64,000 nt of DNA, from assembly GCA_965603825.1 (NCBI GenBank), contig CBFDEM010000036.1, positions 62,001 to 126,000 of the forward strand. Direction: 5' to 3'. Within the stretch, counting starts at the first letter, position 1. Each line of letters begins with the position of its first letter. The position numbers and the translations under genes are program-made. This DNA is from Blepharisma stoltei ATCC 30299 (lineage: Eukaryota; Protista; Ciliophora). The notes beneath the pieces are model-generated. The model had not been told where the DNA came from and did not search any database. It saw only the letters and a program-made list of their open reading frames with translations. Shown in pieces: positions 51,635-64,000 of this stretch.

Positions 51635-53347
51635 TTATTTTATTTCTATTATTCTGATCTCCATTAAGCTTTGCATAGCGCTATTCATTGCTATTGCATT
51701 ATTAGTATACTGACCATATATTCTTAATGATTCTTCAAAGCACAATTTTGATTCCTTTATTCTTTTTCTACAAAGATATAAACGCCCAAGTAATAAATAT
51801 AACTGTCCTCTAAATCCCCAACTACTTAAAAAATTTGTTTTGAAGATCTCTTCAATATATTTTATACTAATTGCCCGAGGATGGCGCAAGATAGCGCCAT
51901 CCTCGGGCAATTCCTATAATATTTTTTCTGCTTTTAGTCATCCTTCAATTCTAAGCATAACATCAGCAAATTCCATTCAGTTTCAAATTTCATCATGCTG
52001 GAGCTGCATCTTTTCTGGAGGATCCACCAATATTTTATCAATTTTATATATTTTTTCTATTTGATTCAAGCATTTGTCTGCTTCTTCTCTTTTACCTTGC
52101 TTAATTTTAAGTTTTGCTTCTATTAGCATCATATCGGCCTGTAAGCAATCTAAAATAGGAATTTTTTTTAAAACTTCTCATGCCTTCATTACAATTTCAC
52201 ACTTTTTGATTTCATTTTTTGATAAAAAATAATCAGTAAGATATATAGTTGAGCTCAAATCACAGTCATATAGACAATAATTATAGTAATCAAAAAGCTT
52301 AAAAGCTTCCATATAATAGGAATCAGCACTATCTATATCATCCATGTTATAATACAATTTTCCAATCAATGCATTTATAACACATAATAATGTTTTATCT
52401 ATTTGATCTGCATTGGATAATAATGTTTTTACTTCAAGAAAATATTCAATGGATTTTTTAAAATTTTGAATTATAAAATAAATAAACCCAATATAATACT
52501 TGGTTTCGATTAGTTCAGTATCATAATAAAATTGTTCAATAGTTTTAAAGTATCACAAAGCGTCTTCATAACACTCATAACGTAAATAGAATCTTCCTAT
52601 TACGTCAAAATTATATTTAATTATAGGATGGCCAAAAGGTAAAATTCCTCAATAAATTTAATTTTTCATTATTAAATTCAGAAATTTCATAAATATTTTC
52701 TCAATTTTGTAGTAATTCGTATGCCATTTCATATTCAGATGCGTCAACATAATCTAATAATATCAAAGAAATAACCTTTGAGAGGTCAAATTTATCATAA
52801 TAAGACGGATATGGCCAGCCATTAATGTATTTTTTGTTTTCGAATTTGAAATAATTGAAGTCAAATAAGTGCCAGGATATTATTCTTTTAACAAAAGATA
52901 AGCAATGATCATTTTTTTGAGAAATTTTAAGTTCCTCTATATATTTTAATGCTTCAGTTTGGGGAAGAATTAAAAAATATTCTAAAGGACTAAAAATCAG
53001 CTTCATTGAAACATATTTCTTTGTCATTAAAATTTTTAAAAATCTATCACATGCACGTATGATTTTATTAAAAAAATGTAATGATTCTGAATCATAGTCA
53101 GGGATTTCTTGTATGCTAAGCTTTTCAGTCCATTTATTAGCACTCGCAATCAAGATCTGCTTTATAAAGATTATTAATCCGATTAAAACTTTTTTTGATT
53201 CTTTGTTTGCTGGAATTTTTATGCAATCGATGCTATGATCAGAAATTCTTGTTTATGAGAAAAATAATGCTTTGGGCAGAGATAATTTTTGCAGATACAT
53301 GCATAGATTCCATCGAAAGAATCAAAGGAGCAGCTTAGCTTTTGCAT
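51635..53347 (-). pseudogene. ZnF-TPR subfamily B copy with a ~0.67-kb internal deletion (duplicate of the 58665 copy)
   Basis: MQKLSCSFDSFDGIYACIC. Frameshift at ~53240. The junction at ~52650 skips the region equivalent to ~57290-57960. Confidence 0.78.
51863..51918. mobile_element. 54-bp TA-bounded palindromic insertion (19-bp perfect stem)
   Basis: aattgcccgaggatggcgc (51869-51887) - aagata - gcgccatcctcgggcaatt (51894-51912). Absent from the paralog at ~56575. Confidence 0.9.
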
Positions 53348-53732
53348 AAGGTTTATTATTATGAATCTATAAATATGAAAGCCAAAATGATTATTGGGTT
53401 ATTTGTTTTAACATTTTTCCAAGACAATTAATCAAAAGCTCTATTTATACTTTTAAATAATTTGTATTAATTTATGATATTTCTTTCCATTTTCACTGTG
53501 AATAATCTAGTCAATTGTATGCTATATCTGAGCTGCTAAATCTACTCTACAAATTAAAATTTAAATATGTTAATAAACCTATTATAAATAGAATTGACAA
53601 CGAGTTTTATATATAAATTTTTCCTTCATTACGAGAAATTAACGAAAAATCATATAATTCTTATATACTAGGTAAAATTATTTCTATTAGCTATAAATTT
53701 CTATTTTTCCATCAACTTAAAATAATCATTAA

Positions 53733-56231
53733 TTAAGATCTCTCACTGCGTTTGGGATCCAGAGAAACCGGCAAAAAGAAATTCAATATCGCTTCGTTTG
53801 AGGTCCTGAGAGGTGGGCGCAGCGATTTTGAGCATCTCTCTACGTTTGAAGCATGGTTAATATTTTTCTGTAAATCTAATAACTTTCTATAATACCGTTT
53901 TGACTTCTTAGATCTTTGCTTTTTAAAATATAGATCACCAAGCGAGTAATAAATATCGAGTTTCGAAAATTGATCATTTCGTCTCTTTTCGCTAACAACC
54001 ACTTTAGCGTATTTTAAAATTTTTTCTGCCTTCTGAAGACTTTCATCAGAAATATTAAATAAATAAATATAAATTTTGGCAATCTCTATATAGTCACTTA
54101 TACAATCAAGCTCATTGATTTTTATAGATTTTTTAGAAAATAATGAAATTTTGTCTATATTCAATAATTTTTCAGCTTGACTCAAGCATGCTTCTGCTTC
54201 TTCCTTTTCATTTCAAGCTATATATAACTTTGCTCATTGAATAAAATATAAAGGCATTCTAAATTTCAGATGATTGTCATTTTCTAATATTTTATTTAAT
54301 TTCACCAAAATAACTTCACATTTTCCATAGTCAGATTTTCTATAAAAATTATTAAAGACAAAGCTTTGGGATTTTAGAAACATATCAATATTTAAAATGT
54401 CATAGTAATCAATTAGCTCAAATGCATCAGAAAAGTATTTATCTAAGTCTTCTAAATTGTCTTGAAGATAGCATAATTCTCCAAGGTACGCATTTGCAAT
54501 AAATAGCTCATTTTTATAACTTTCAGTATAGCCAGACATCATTTCTTTTGCTTCATTTAGAAATTCCCATGCTTTTTGATAATCCAGCTTTCAAAAATAA
54601 ACAATTCCCATGGCAAACTTTGCAAATATCAGATCATGATTAGATCATCAATTTGTTATTTTTTCAAAAGATATTAGAGCGTCATCATATCACTGCCTAT
54701 TTAAATAGAAAACCCCTAATGCTTTAAGAATATTTTGCATGCTTGGATCTAAAACGCTGCACAAAGATTTAGCATTACAAAGAGATTGGTGTGATTTTGC
54801 AAAATCACCTCTTCAGACATGAATATTTGCTAATGAAACTCATAAATTTCATAATTCGTAGGAGTAGGATTTAATGAGCTTTTTTTGGTTAGATAGTTTA
54901 ATGCATTCCCATAATTTTTTATAAGCTTTATCAAAATCATTGAGAAGGTAATAAATCTCTCCAACCGCTGCAAGGTATATATATTTATCTGTAGTTTCTG
55001 AACATTGAAATTCAACTAGATTTAGAATCTCTATAATCTCTTTATTATTTTTTAGGGCACTATGTGCTTTTGCCAGATAAATATAGTTTTCAATCAAAGA
55101 TGCTAAGGACTCATCTCAGATATCCACCTTATTCTGCAAGCAGGCTTGTTGTAGGCGCTCTATATGATATTTAATCGATTTATTAAAATATTCTATTGAT
55201 TTGCTATAGTTTTTATTGCCATAATAGAGGGTTCCTATCAGTCAGATATATAAATTTCCAATATTTTCAGGGAGATATTGAGAAATCCATTCTACACCAC
55301 ATAAATTTTGAAGGTAATGCTCAGAAACATTACTATCTATAGATATCTTAAAAAATGCTTGATTCAAAGCTAGATACACCGAAAATGAATTATCACCTAA
55401 ATTTTCTGATGAATTATAAGCTGGATTTTTCATTGATAATGTTTGAAATGCATTCGCAGCTAATTGTTTTCATTGTTCTTCAAGCTGAGAATAGCCTTCT
55501 TTCTTTATAATTTTTTCAAGGATTTTACCAAATAAATCTAAAAGATCTTTAATGGTTTGAGATGAAGAGTTGATATAAAATTCATTATAATCTTTGAGAC
55601 TTTGACATAACTCATATGCCTTTTCATATTTAAAATTATAAATAAGTCCCAAAAGCCTTTCATAATAGAAATCTGATAGACGATCGGGCTGATTGGGAGT
55701 GGAATTAAAAGCCCCACCATGAATAAGTCCTTGAACTTCAAATTTCATATAATTAAAATCAAACCCATGTGCTTTAATTGATCGGCAAAATTCTAATAAA
55801 TTATTCCGGTCTCAATGGTGCTTTGTGTATTGTAAGGCTTTTTCCTTTGGCTGAGTTAAAAAATATTCAAAAGGACTTAAAATGAGTTTTATCTCAACAC
55901 ATTGTTTTTTAATCAAAAGCATGTATATGCGACTGCATTCATGCAAAGCCTGGCTTACTAAGCTTAGTTTTTCCTTATATTTTTCATAATCCTCGGTTTT
56001 TGAGTTTTCGTTCATTAAAATATCAATTTGGGACTTTAATTCCTTCTTTAATGTGACCATAAAATCGCATAAGATCTCTTTGGATTCGACATTGATTGGG
56101 AGATTTATTCGTTTTAGCTTATACCCTTGAGCTTCATCAGAAAGATAATGCTTTGGGCAGGCTTTAAATTGGCAACAATCAGATATAAAGGTCGCGTCTA
56201 AGACACAACAAGAGTCGCTAACTTTTGCCAT
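53733..56231 (-). CDS. ZnF-TPR family protein, subfamily A (832 aa; C-terminus altered by a 94-bp insertion)
   Basis: ORFs 55812, 55470, 55242, 54849, 54234 and 53733 share one frame, linked by TGA. Confidence 0.85.
53749..53848. other. 94-bp GC-rich insertion flanked by CGTTTG direct repeats
   Basis: CGTTTG at 53749 and 53843. Removal restores aac gca gtg aga gat ctt aat as in paralogs. Confidence 0.7.
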
Positions 56232-56339
56232 GCTTGATATTTTATTTTTATATGTCTTATTTTAAAGAAAATTATGGCAATGTGGACAAATTTAGATATC
56301 TAGAAGCAGCTGAAAAAAAATTCGTTAAGAAAAATTCTA

Positions 56340-58665
56340 ATTTTACTGAGAATTTTTTCCATTAATTCTATTTTAATTAAGCATTTTTTAGTATTGTTCA
56401 TTGCTGCTACATTATTAGTATGCTGACTATATATGCTTAATGATTTTTCAAAGTAATTTTTTGATTTTTTTGTTCTTTCTTGAAAGAGATATAAAAACCC
56501 GAGAAATGAATATAACTGTCCTTTTCAGCCCCAACTATTTAAAAAATTTGTTTTAAAAATCTCTTCAATATATTTTAATATTTTTTCTGCTTTTAGTAAA
56601 TTAATCTCTAAATTAAGGCTAGCAAATTTCATTCAGCCACAAATTTTTTCATACCGGAGCTGTATCTTTTCTGGAGGATCCATCAATATTTTATCAATTT
56701 TATATATTTTTTCTATTTGATTCAAGCATTTTTCTGCCTCTTCTCTTTCACCTTGCTTAATTTTAAGTTGTGCTTCTATTAGTAGCACATCGCCCTGAAA
56801 GCAATCTAAAGCTGGATTTTTTTTTAAAACTTCTCATGCCTTCACTAAAACAGTTTCACACTTTTTAATTTTATTTTCTATTAAAAAATATTCAATAAGA
56901 AATATAGCTGAGCTCAAATTAAAGTCATATAAGCAGTAACCATAGTAATAAATAAGCTTAAAAGCTTCCATATAATAGGAATGAGCACTATCTTTATCAC
57001 CTTTGCTATAATACAATCTTCCAATCATTGCATTTATAACACAAAGAGATGTTTTATCAATTTGATCTCCACTGGATAATAATGTTTTCACTTTAAGAAA
57101 AGATTCATAATTTTCAATTAAAAAATAAAGAAATCCAATAAAATGCTTAGTTTTAGGGAGTTCATTAGCATAACAAAATTTTTCAATAGTTTCAAAGTAT
57201 CACAAAGCGTCATCAAAATAGCGATAACTCATATAAAAATTTCCTATCGTTTCATAATTATATTTAATTAGAGGATTGCCAAAAGGTAATATCCTACAGC
57301 AAAATTTCGCATTGAAAAAAGCTTGATGGGCTTTTTTAAAATCATTTTTTTCCCAATAAACTTTACCTAATACCATATATAAACGCCAGAGCGTATATAT
57401 GTTGCTTCCTTTGCCTAGATGAATGGATTTTCATATAGTTTTGATTGCCTTATCAAAATCTTTTGCAGTAATATAAAACATCTCTAAATAATCATAATAT
57501 TTAGGTAGTCTTTTCGAAGATTTTAGCATTTTTTTAACAATCTTGACTATTTTTTGACATTTTTGCCCATATATGAATAAGAGGCTACCAGTAAATATAA
57601 GATTGTATTAATAAATGTAAATCCTCTCTATCCTTGCAAAGCTTAATTGATATTTTAGAGATTGATATCGTTTTTTTCAAATCTCTATTTATCAAATCTA
57701 ATGCTCCTAGTTTTAAATAAATCTCATTTGCTTTATGTATTTTATTTGTTTTTAAAGAAATAGATATAAGTTTTTTCAAGCAGCAATATGCTAAATCATA
57801 GTTATGTCTATTTTGAAATATAATTGAAAATACACAGTAAAACAAATGATAAACTCCATATTGATTCGAACAAGAGAATTCAACTTTTAATTCTGCTCAT
57901 TTTTCATGCAAGTTAGGAAATTTTTTATTTTGAATAAGTTCATAGATGATGCATTTTAATTTTCTTAATAAATTTAATTTTTCATTATTAAATTCAGAAA
58001 TTTCATAAATATTTTCTCAATTTTGTAGTAATTCGTATGCCATTTCATATTCAAGTGCCGCAACAAAATCTAAAAATACCAAAGAAATAACTTTTGAGAG
58101 GTCATATTTATCATAGCAAGTCGCATATGGCCAGCCATTAATGTATTTTTTGTTTTCGAATTAAATAATTGAAGTCAAATAAGTGTCAGGATATTATTAT
58201 TGCTTCTGAAACAAATTGGTCATAATCGTTTTTTAGAGGAATTTGAAGTTCCTCTACATATTTTAATGCTTTTGTTTGGGGCTGAATTAGAAAATATTCT
58301 AAAGGATTAAAAATCAGCTTCATTGAAACATATTTCTTTGTCATTAAAATTTTTAAAAATCTATCACATGCACATATGATTTTATTAAAAAATTGTAATG
58401 ATTCTAAATCATAATTAGGGGTTTCTTGTGTGCTAAGCTCTTCAATTCATTTTTCAAAGCACTTATCCAAGATCTGCTTTATAAAGAGTATATATTCGAT
58501 TAAAATTTCTTTTGATTCTTTGCTTGTTGGAATTTTTATGCGCTCTATGCTGTGATCAGGAAATTCTTGTTTATGAGAAAAATAATGCTTTGAGCAGAAA
58601 TATTTTTTGCAGGCACATGCATAGATTGCATCGAAAGAATCAAAGGAGCAGCTGAACGTTTCCAT
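56340..58665 (-). pseudogene. ZnF-TPR subfamily B copy with several small frameshifts
   Basis: METFSCSFDSFDAIYACACKKYFCSKHYFSH. Frameshifts at ~58160, ~57595 and ~57100. The 3' end is approximate. Confidence 0.72.
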
Positions 58666-58849
58666 AAGTTTTATGCTAATTTATTATTATGAGTCTACAA
58701 ATATGGAAGCCAAAATACTTATTGGATTATTTGTATTTAATATATTAGATAATTATTACTAAAGTTAGATTCCGGAAAAATTAATACTCTAAGTGTTTGG
58801 ATATTATTATTATTGTTTCTAAAATAAAGAAGACAATATTTTTTTTAAG

Positions 58850-59502
58850 AAATTTTAATTTTCTCTACATATTTTAATTCTTCAATTTGGGGCTGAATTA
58901 AAATATTCTAAAATACTAAAAATCAGCTTCATTAAAATATATTTCTTTGTCATTAAAATTTTTACATTTGCATATGATTTTATTAAAAATTTGGAATATT
59001 CCTTAATCATTATCAGGGATTTCTTGTTTGCTAAGCTTTTCCATCCATTCTTCAATCAAGATCTGCTTTATAAAAATTATATTTTTGGTTCAATTTTTTT
59101 GATCGTTGTTTGTTGCAATTTTTATGCGCTCTCTGCTGCGATCAGGAAATTCTTGTTTATGAGAAAAATAATGCTTTGAGCAGAGGTATTTTTGCAGACA
59201 CATGCATAGAGTGCATCGAAAGAATCATTATAGGTGAATAAGAAATTTTTATAGGATTCAGGATTTTTGATACATTCTTTATTGAATTCTTTAAAGTATA
59301 AAGTAGGCATTTGTTTCATAGCAATTACAAATTTGATCAAAATTTTTCTTGATTCATTATTTACTGGAATTTTGATACGCTCAATGCTGTGATCAGGAAA
59401 ATCCTTTATGTGAGAATAAAAATGCTTTATGCACTGCATTTTCGTACAGCTGCATATATAGATTGCATCATAAGAATCTTCAGAGCATCTGTATTTTGCC
59501 AT
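58850..59502 (-). pseudogene. Two fused, degenerate ZnF-TPR subfamily B 5' fragments
   Basis: MAKYRCSEDSYDAIYICSC...; at ~59228 the sequence restarts a second N-terminus (DSFDALYACVCK) that decays toward ~58850. Confidence 0.68.
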
Positions 59503-59904
59503 GCTTGCTTAATATTTATATAAATTCAACATGTCTATGATTCTAAATAATTAATCGAAACATTTATTTAAAGATAATTTCTTAAGACAATGTTTATTAT
59601 TACTAAGAAAAATTCTTTGCAGATATGAGAAATAAAATATTATGAAGATGCTTTGGTAATAAAACTTGATTTCCTTTATATTTTGCCTTTTAATTTGCGA
59701 AAAATAACTTTTCTTGGCTTATGAAAGCTTTACGCAATTATTTGCATAATTTCTAGAATTTAGGATAATAATAAAGTTTAAAAACTATTCTAATTTAAAC
59801 ATCTTATATTTATATTTTAGTTTTAAATCTTTTAATTTTTAGATATTTAAATAATAGTAAACTATTCCGAAAAATAAAAAATTAAGCTTATTGCGAGAAT
59901 GTTT

Positions 59905-62900
59905 TTAACTCATAGCTTGTGAATTTTCTGAAGCAAAAGGATCCATTTCCATGGAAATTGAATCATACTTAATTTCAGATAAATTTTTAGCACTTGAAAT
60001 ATCGACTGTAATAAACTTGCTTTCGTGGTCGCTAACATTTTTATAATCTAAGTCATCCCGGACCTGATATTTTTTTTCGTTCTTAATGTAAAAAGCATTT
60101 GCTAAAATGATAAAACATTTTTTAAATATTGAAATTTGCATTAGAAGCTGAATTGCTATATATATGATAAATAGAAAGTTAAAAAGCAATAAAAGAGCAA
60201 GTAAAATATTTTCCCCGATAGTATCTAAATCATCAGTTATAAAGAAGAGGCCAGCTATAATTGTTATAAGAGCAGCGACTATAGAAAATATTTCTACTTT
60301 ATTGATAAGACTTTCAAAATAAGGCTGATTTTTAGCTTGAATATGGAGAAATATAGCAAGCATTAAAGCTACTGTAAGTGCTTGGATATTTGTTGAAAAA
60401 TTTGAGAAAAACACCGATAGTATAATCAAAATAGCTTTTCAGTATAAGATTAAAAATTCCCAATAATAATGCTTTAAGTTGTAGCCATTAAATAAAAATC
60501 CTAATTTCAATTTAACTGATATATCTTCAAGTTTAGCTCTATTTTTTACTAATTTTATAAGACAGAGCGCAGGGACTGCAATTACCCAAATACTTATTGT
60601 AGGTAATGCGAATAAAAGTGCGTAAAGTAAATGATGATCATTCCAGCATCTAATTCCAAGGTCTGCATATAATCAGTATTCTCCGCTATTTATTTCTTTG
60701 CAACTAAACATACTCAACATTGTATTAGTGATACTTGGGTGAATCAAAAATAATGTAGCCGTAAATGTCGAAAGGTAATCGTCTGGTAGCTCTCTTAGAC
60801 TTTTCTTTTTTATTGCATAAATTACCAACCATAACAACAGGCAAATGATCGCAAGAGAAAAAGGAGTTAAACTAGTAATTAATATTTTGTAATAATAAAC
60901 ATCATTTTTTGAATATAAAGATTGCAAAAAGCAGTCAACAGAAAATAGCTGGGCCCCTATATAGTCCATGCAAGTCTGGATATAAAATAATTGAACTGCT
61001 TCATAAGGCCAATTTAAGCTAAAAGTAGCTATTATGATCATGATCTGTAAATAATTCCAAAAAATTTTTATATAAATAGATGATAAAGATGCTGACACGA
61101 ATGCAGACTTTCTTGAAGTCTTTATTATAGCTATCACCATAAAAACAAGCAAACTAAAAATTCCTAAGAGTCTAAAAGCGTTACTGACTGTGCTAGGGCA
61201 TTTTTTGCATTCATTTTTATATAATCTAGAATATCCTTCTGCACATGAGTGGCACATATTATTTTCGTATCCTTTTGCACATTTTCCAGTAAAGGATAAG
61301 TTTGAAATATCTGGAGACCCCAAACAAGCTGGTGGGTATGGACATTTCCAAAAATGATCTGTGAATTTATTGTCTCTCCAATAGCCATGCTTTGGAACGA
61401 TTGTATAGTTTCCATAGCAAATTGCGGAAGAAGGGCAGTCATAGCACTTAGATTTTTTACTATCAATATTATAGTAATTTTCAAGGCAGCTTTCACAGTT
61501 AAGCCCGACAGCAGCCTCACCAATCTCACACAACCTCAAGCTTACATATATAGGCAATTTTGATGACATTTGCATTGAATGAGAAGATTTATTCATTTTT
61601 AACTCTTCTATTGCTGAAGAAAAAACATAAATTTCATTAGAAGATCCTGGCTTTGCGGAAATAATATATGACCTAAAATAAAAAATTCCGTTCACTGCAT
61701 ATGCAATTGACGTCCCAGAAATAATTAAATCATCGTTTGAAGATTGAAGCTGGGCCTGACTTGCGCAATCTGTTGTAATTATCTGAGAAATATCATCAAT
61801 CAAAGCAAATGCTAACGGTGGATTTTTATTTTGTCCAGATGCAATATTATTAAGATTCAATTCTGAGTTTCCTTGATATTGAAGAGCTCTTTGGTTTGTA
61901 TCATTTAGAAGCACCATCATAGCTGGAAATGAAGCTATATCATTTCCATATAGTGCTGAATTATTTCAAAAATTATTATTTTCCAATTTGGGTCTTGAGT
62001 CATCTCAGTTGATAGCTCCTCCTTTATAAGCCGCCCAATTGTTACTAAAATTGTTTGAGGAAATATCAAAATAGCAAGGAATTTCTGATTCCTCACAGCC
62101 AATTTTTATAGCTCCTCCCATTCCATCAATTATTTCTTGAACTGATTTAGACTCCCAATCTTTAGCGTAATTTTCATCAAATATTGATGAAAAAACATTC
62201 AAATTTATATTATTTGCCCAAATGGCTCCTCCACTGCCAGCTATATTTGAAATAAATCTAGAAGATTTTATATTGCATTGAGAAGAATTAAGATGATCAG
62301 CTTTATTTTCTATATAAATAGCTCCACCTTTTTGAGCAGCATTATCGAAAAACTCAGATGAAATTATAGAAATATTATTACAGTCCGAGCAATATAATCC
62401 CCCTCCAGTACTGCTATAGCCGTTTAAAAAATAGGATGATTCCGCTAATAAATTAATTTGAGATCCATAAATGCAAGAATTTGAATAATTCGTAAATGAT
62501 GTGTTTGCTATTTCGATGAAGCTTGAATATGAATCGATTGATGAGTTTGAATTTATGAATATTGAATCTTTTAGAGTAAGGTTGCTGCTTTCATATAAAT
62601 AAATTGATCCACCTGCACTATTTGAAAAAAGATTTAAAAATGTTGATGAAAAAATCTTTAGGGTGCTAAATGTTGAGTGCAAAGCTGCTCCAGAATTGTT
62701 TGAAAATCCATCATGGAAGTTTGAATTTATGATCGTTACGGAACTGGAGCTTAACAAAATAAAGCAGCCTTCATCTCCATTTTGATTAGAAAAGGAAGTG
62801 TTGCCAATCACAGCATTTGAGTCTTCTAGATGAATGCCTGGGTATTTTTGGCTGACTGAGTTATTAGAAATTTCTGAGGAATTAATAGAAATAAGTGATG

Positions 62901-64000
62901 CTAAAAGAGCTATAGTTCCTTCACCGTATGAATAGTTTTCAATTACCTTAGAATTATCTATTGACGAATTAGCATGTACGCTTGCCATAAATATAACTGA
63001 TCCTCTATTTTTACACGAGTTTTTATTAAGTATTGAGTTATATATATGAAATGTAGCATCTGAGTCAGCATATATAACACCTCCTGATGATTTTGAGGAA
63101 TTCTCTGTAAATTTGCAAGAAAAGCAAAAGTATTGAGACTTCAAGCTAATTGAAGCTATTCCACCATTAAGACTGCTACTACAGTTTATATAAATTGCAT
63201 TTTCAGCTACAAAAATAGCAGAATTCTTTAAGTTTAGAACTCCTCCAGAATTTGGTGAATAATTGTGCTGAAATCTTGAATTTTTATCAATTACATAGCC
63301 ATTATCAAGTGAAAATACAGATCCATTATTATATTCAAATAAGCAATAATTTGTCTCTAGTGTTGAGTTTGTATTTTGATTATCCAGTGATATAGTCATA
63401 TTACCTGTATTAAATTGAAAATTGCAAGAATTTAAAATCAATTTTGAAATTTTTTCAGGATTGTTTTCACCTATTCCTATATTTAACCCTGAGCTAAATA
63501 ACCCATCGTTCTTAACAAAATTGCAAGAATTAATTTCCAATAACCCATAAACATAATAAATTCAAATAGTGCCTGAGAAGCTTGCTTTATTTTCTTGAAA
63601 TTTACAATTATTTATTGAAGAAACAGTAGAAAGTTGGACATTTCCGTCAATAAAAAGCGAAGAGCCTGCATATGCCTTGTTGTTATAAAAATCAGTATTA
63701 TCAATTTTCAGCGTTAATAAGAATTCTACCGAAGAACTTTTTGATATGAAAATTCCCCCGCCATTGAGAGTGCAGGAGTTGCTTGTAAAAGTTGTTTTCA
63801 TGATAGAAAATAAAAAGTCCTTGACATCGTAAAGAGATAAAGAATAATAAACAGCGCCTCCATTTAAACTAGGCGATTTATTTGATTCAAAATGTGAAGA
63901 GATAATTCTAAGGTTCTGACCTACAAAATACAAAGCTCCACCTAAATCTGCGATATTATCTAAAAATGAACAATTTTGTAACAATAAATCGGAAAAACTA
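59905..64000 (-). CDS. Large membrane protein: right-handed beta-helix/PMP (GGA[I/L], F..N) repeats, Cys-rich linker, multi-TM C-terminus (5'-truncated by window)
   Basis: ORFs 63562, 62005, 60673 and 59905 share one frame linked by TGA and are open to the window edge. Repeated GGAI/F..N; C.G......K.GYWR; KI..NYLQ and DC motifs typical of ciliate PMP-TM proteins. Confidence 0.85.

Noticed and set aside
1771-61563. Numerous short antisense or alternate-frame ORFs in the track (e.g. 1771-2025, 9064-9309, 42679-43047, 61164-61529)
   Set aside because: They overlap well-supported genes in other frames and show no motifs.
1-64000. Mycoplasma-type or mitochondrial origin for UGA=Trp
   Set aside because: Gene content (LamG/EGF-REJ receptor, LINEs, ciliate-type PMP-TM and TPR expansions, IES-like inserts) is eukaryotic nuclear. 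No operons or organellar genes are seen.

Overview
AT-rich eukaryotic DNA read with a UGA=Trp code (TAA/TAG still terminate). This fits a heterotrich ciliate such as Blepharisma, an assignment inferred from the code and gene content. The standard-code ORF track therefore fragments the real genes. Read with UGA=Trp, the window holds: three tandem SABATH-type methyltransferase genes (0.2-3.5 kb); a B-box/Kelch/TPR gene (-); an ~11 kb polycystin/REJ-like receptor gene with six LamG+Cys-rich modules; a degenerate rve-type integrase; three non-LTR retrotransposon relics; about 15 intact, broken or fragmentary copies of one uncharacterised Zn-finger+TPR gene family (4-8 kb and 28-59.5 kb); and the 3' part of a PMP-repeat multi-TM gene. 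Paralog comparison reveals several TA-bounded insertions whose removal restores the frame, i.e. IES-like germline sequences (201, 434, 440, 540, 1036 bp), plus tiny GC-rich inserts (54, 86, 94 bp). Most notable: homologous IES-like elements sit at the same TA in two paralogs while four others are precisely empty, and three elements share a clustered GATAAAA...ATTTCTGG core. Many 1-nt homopolymer deletions may be consensus errors, so pseudogene calls are provisional.
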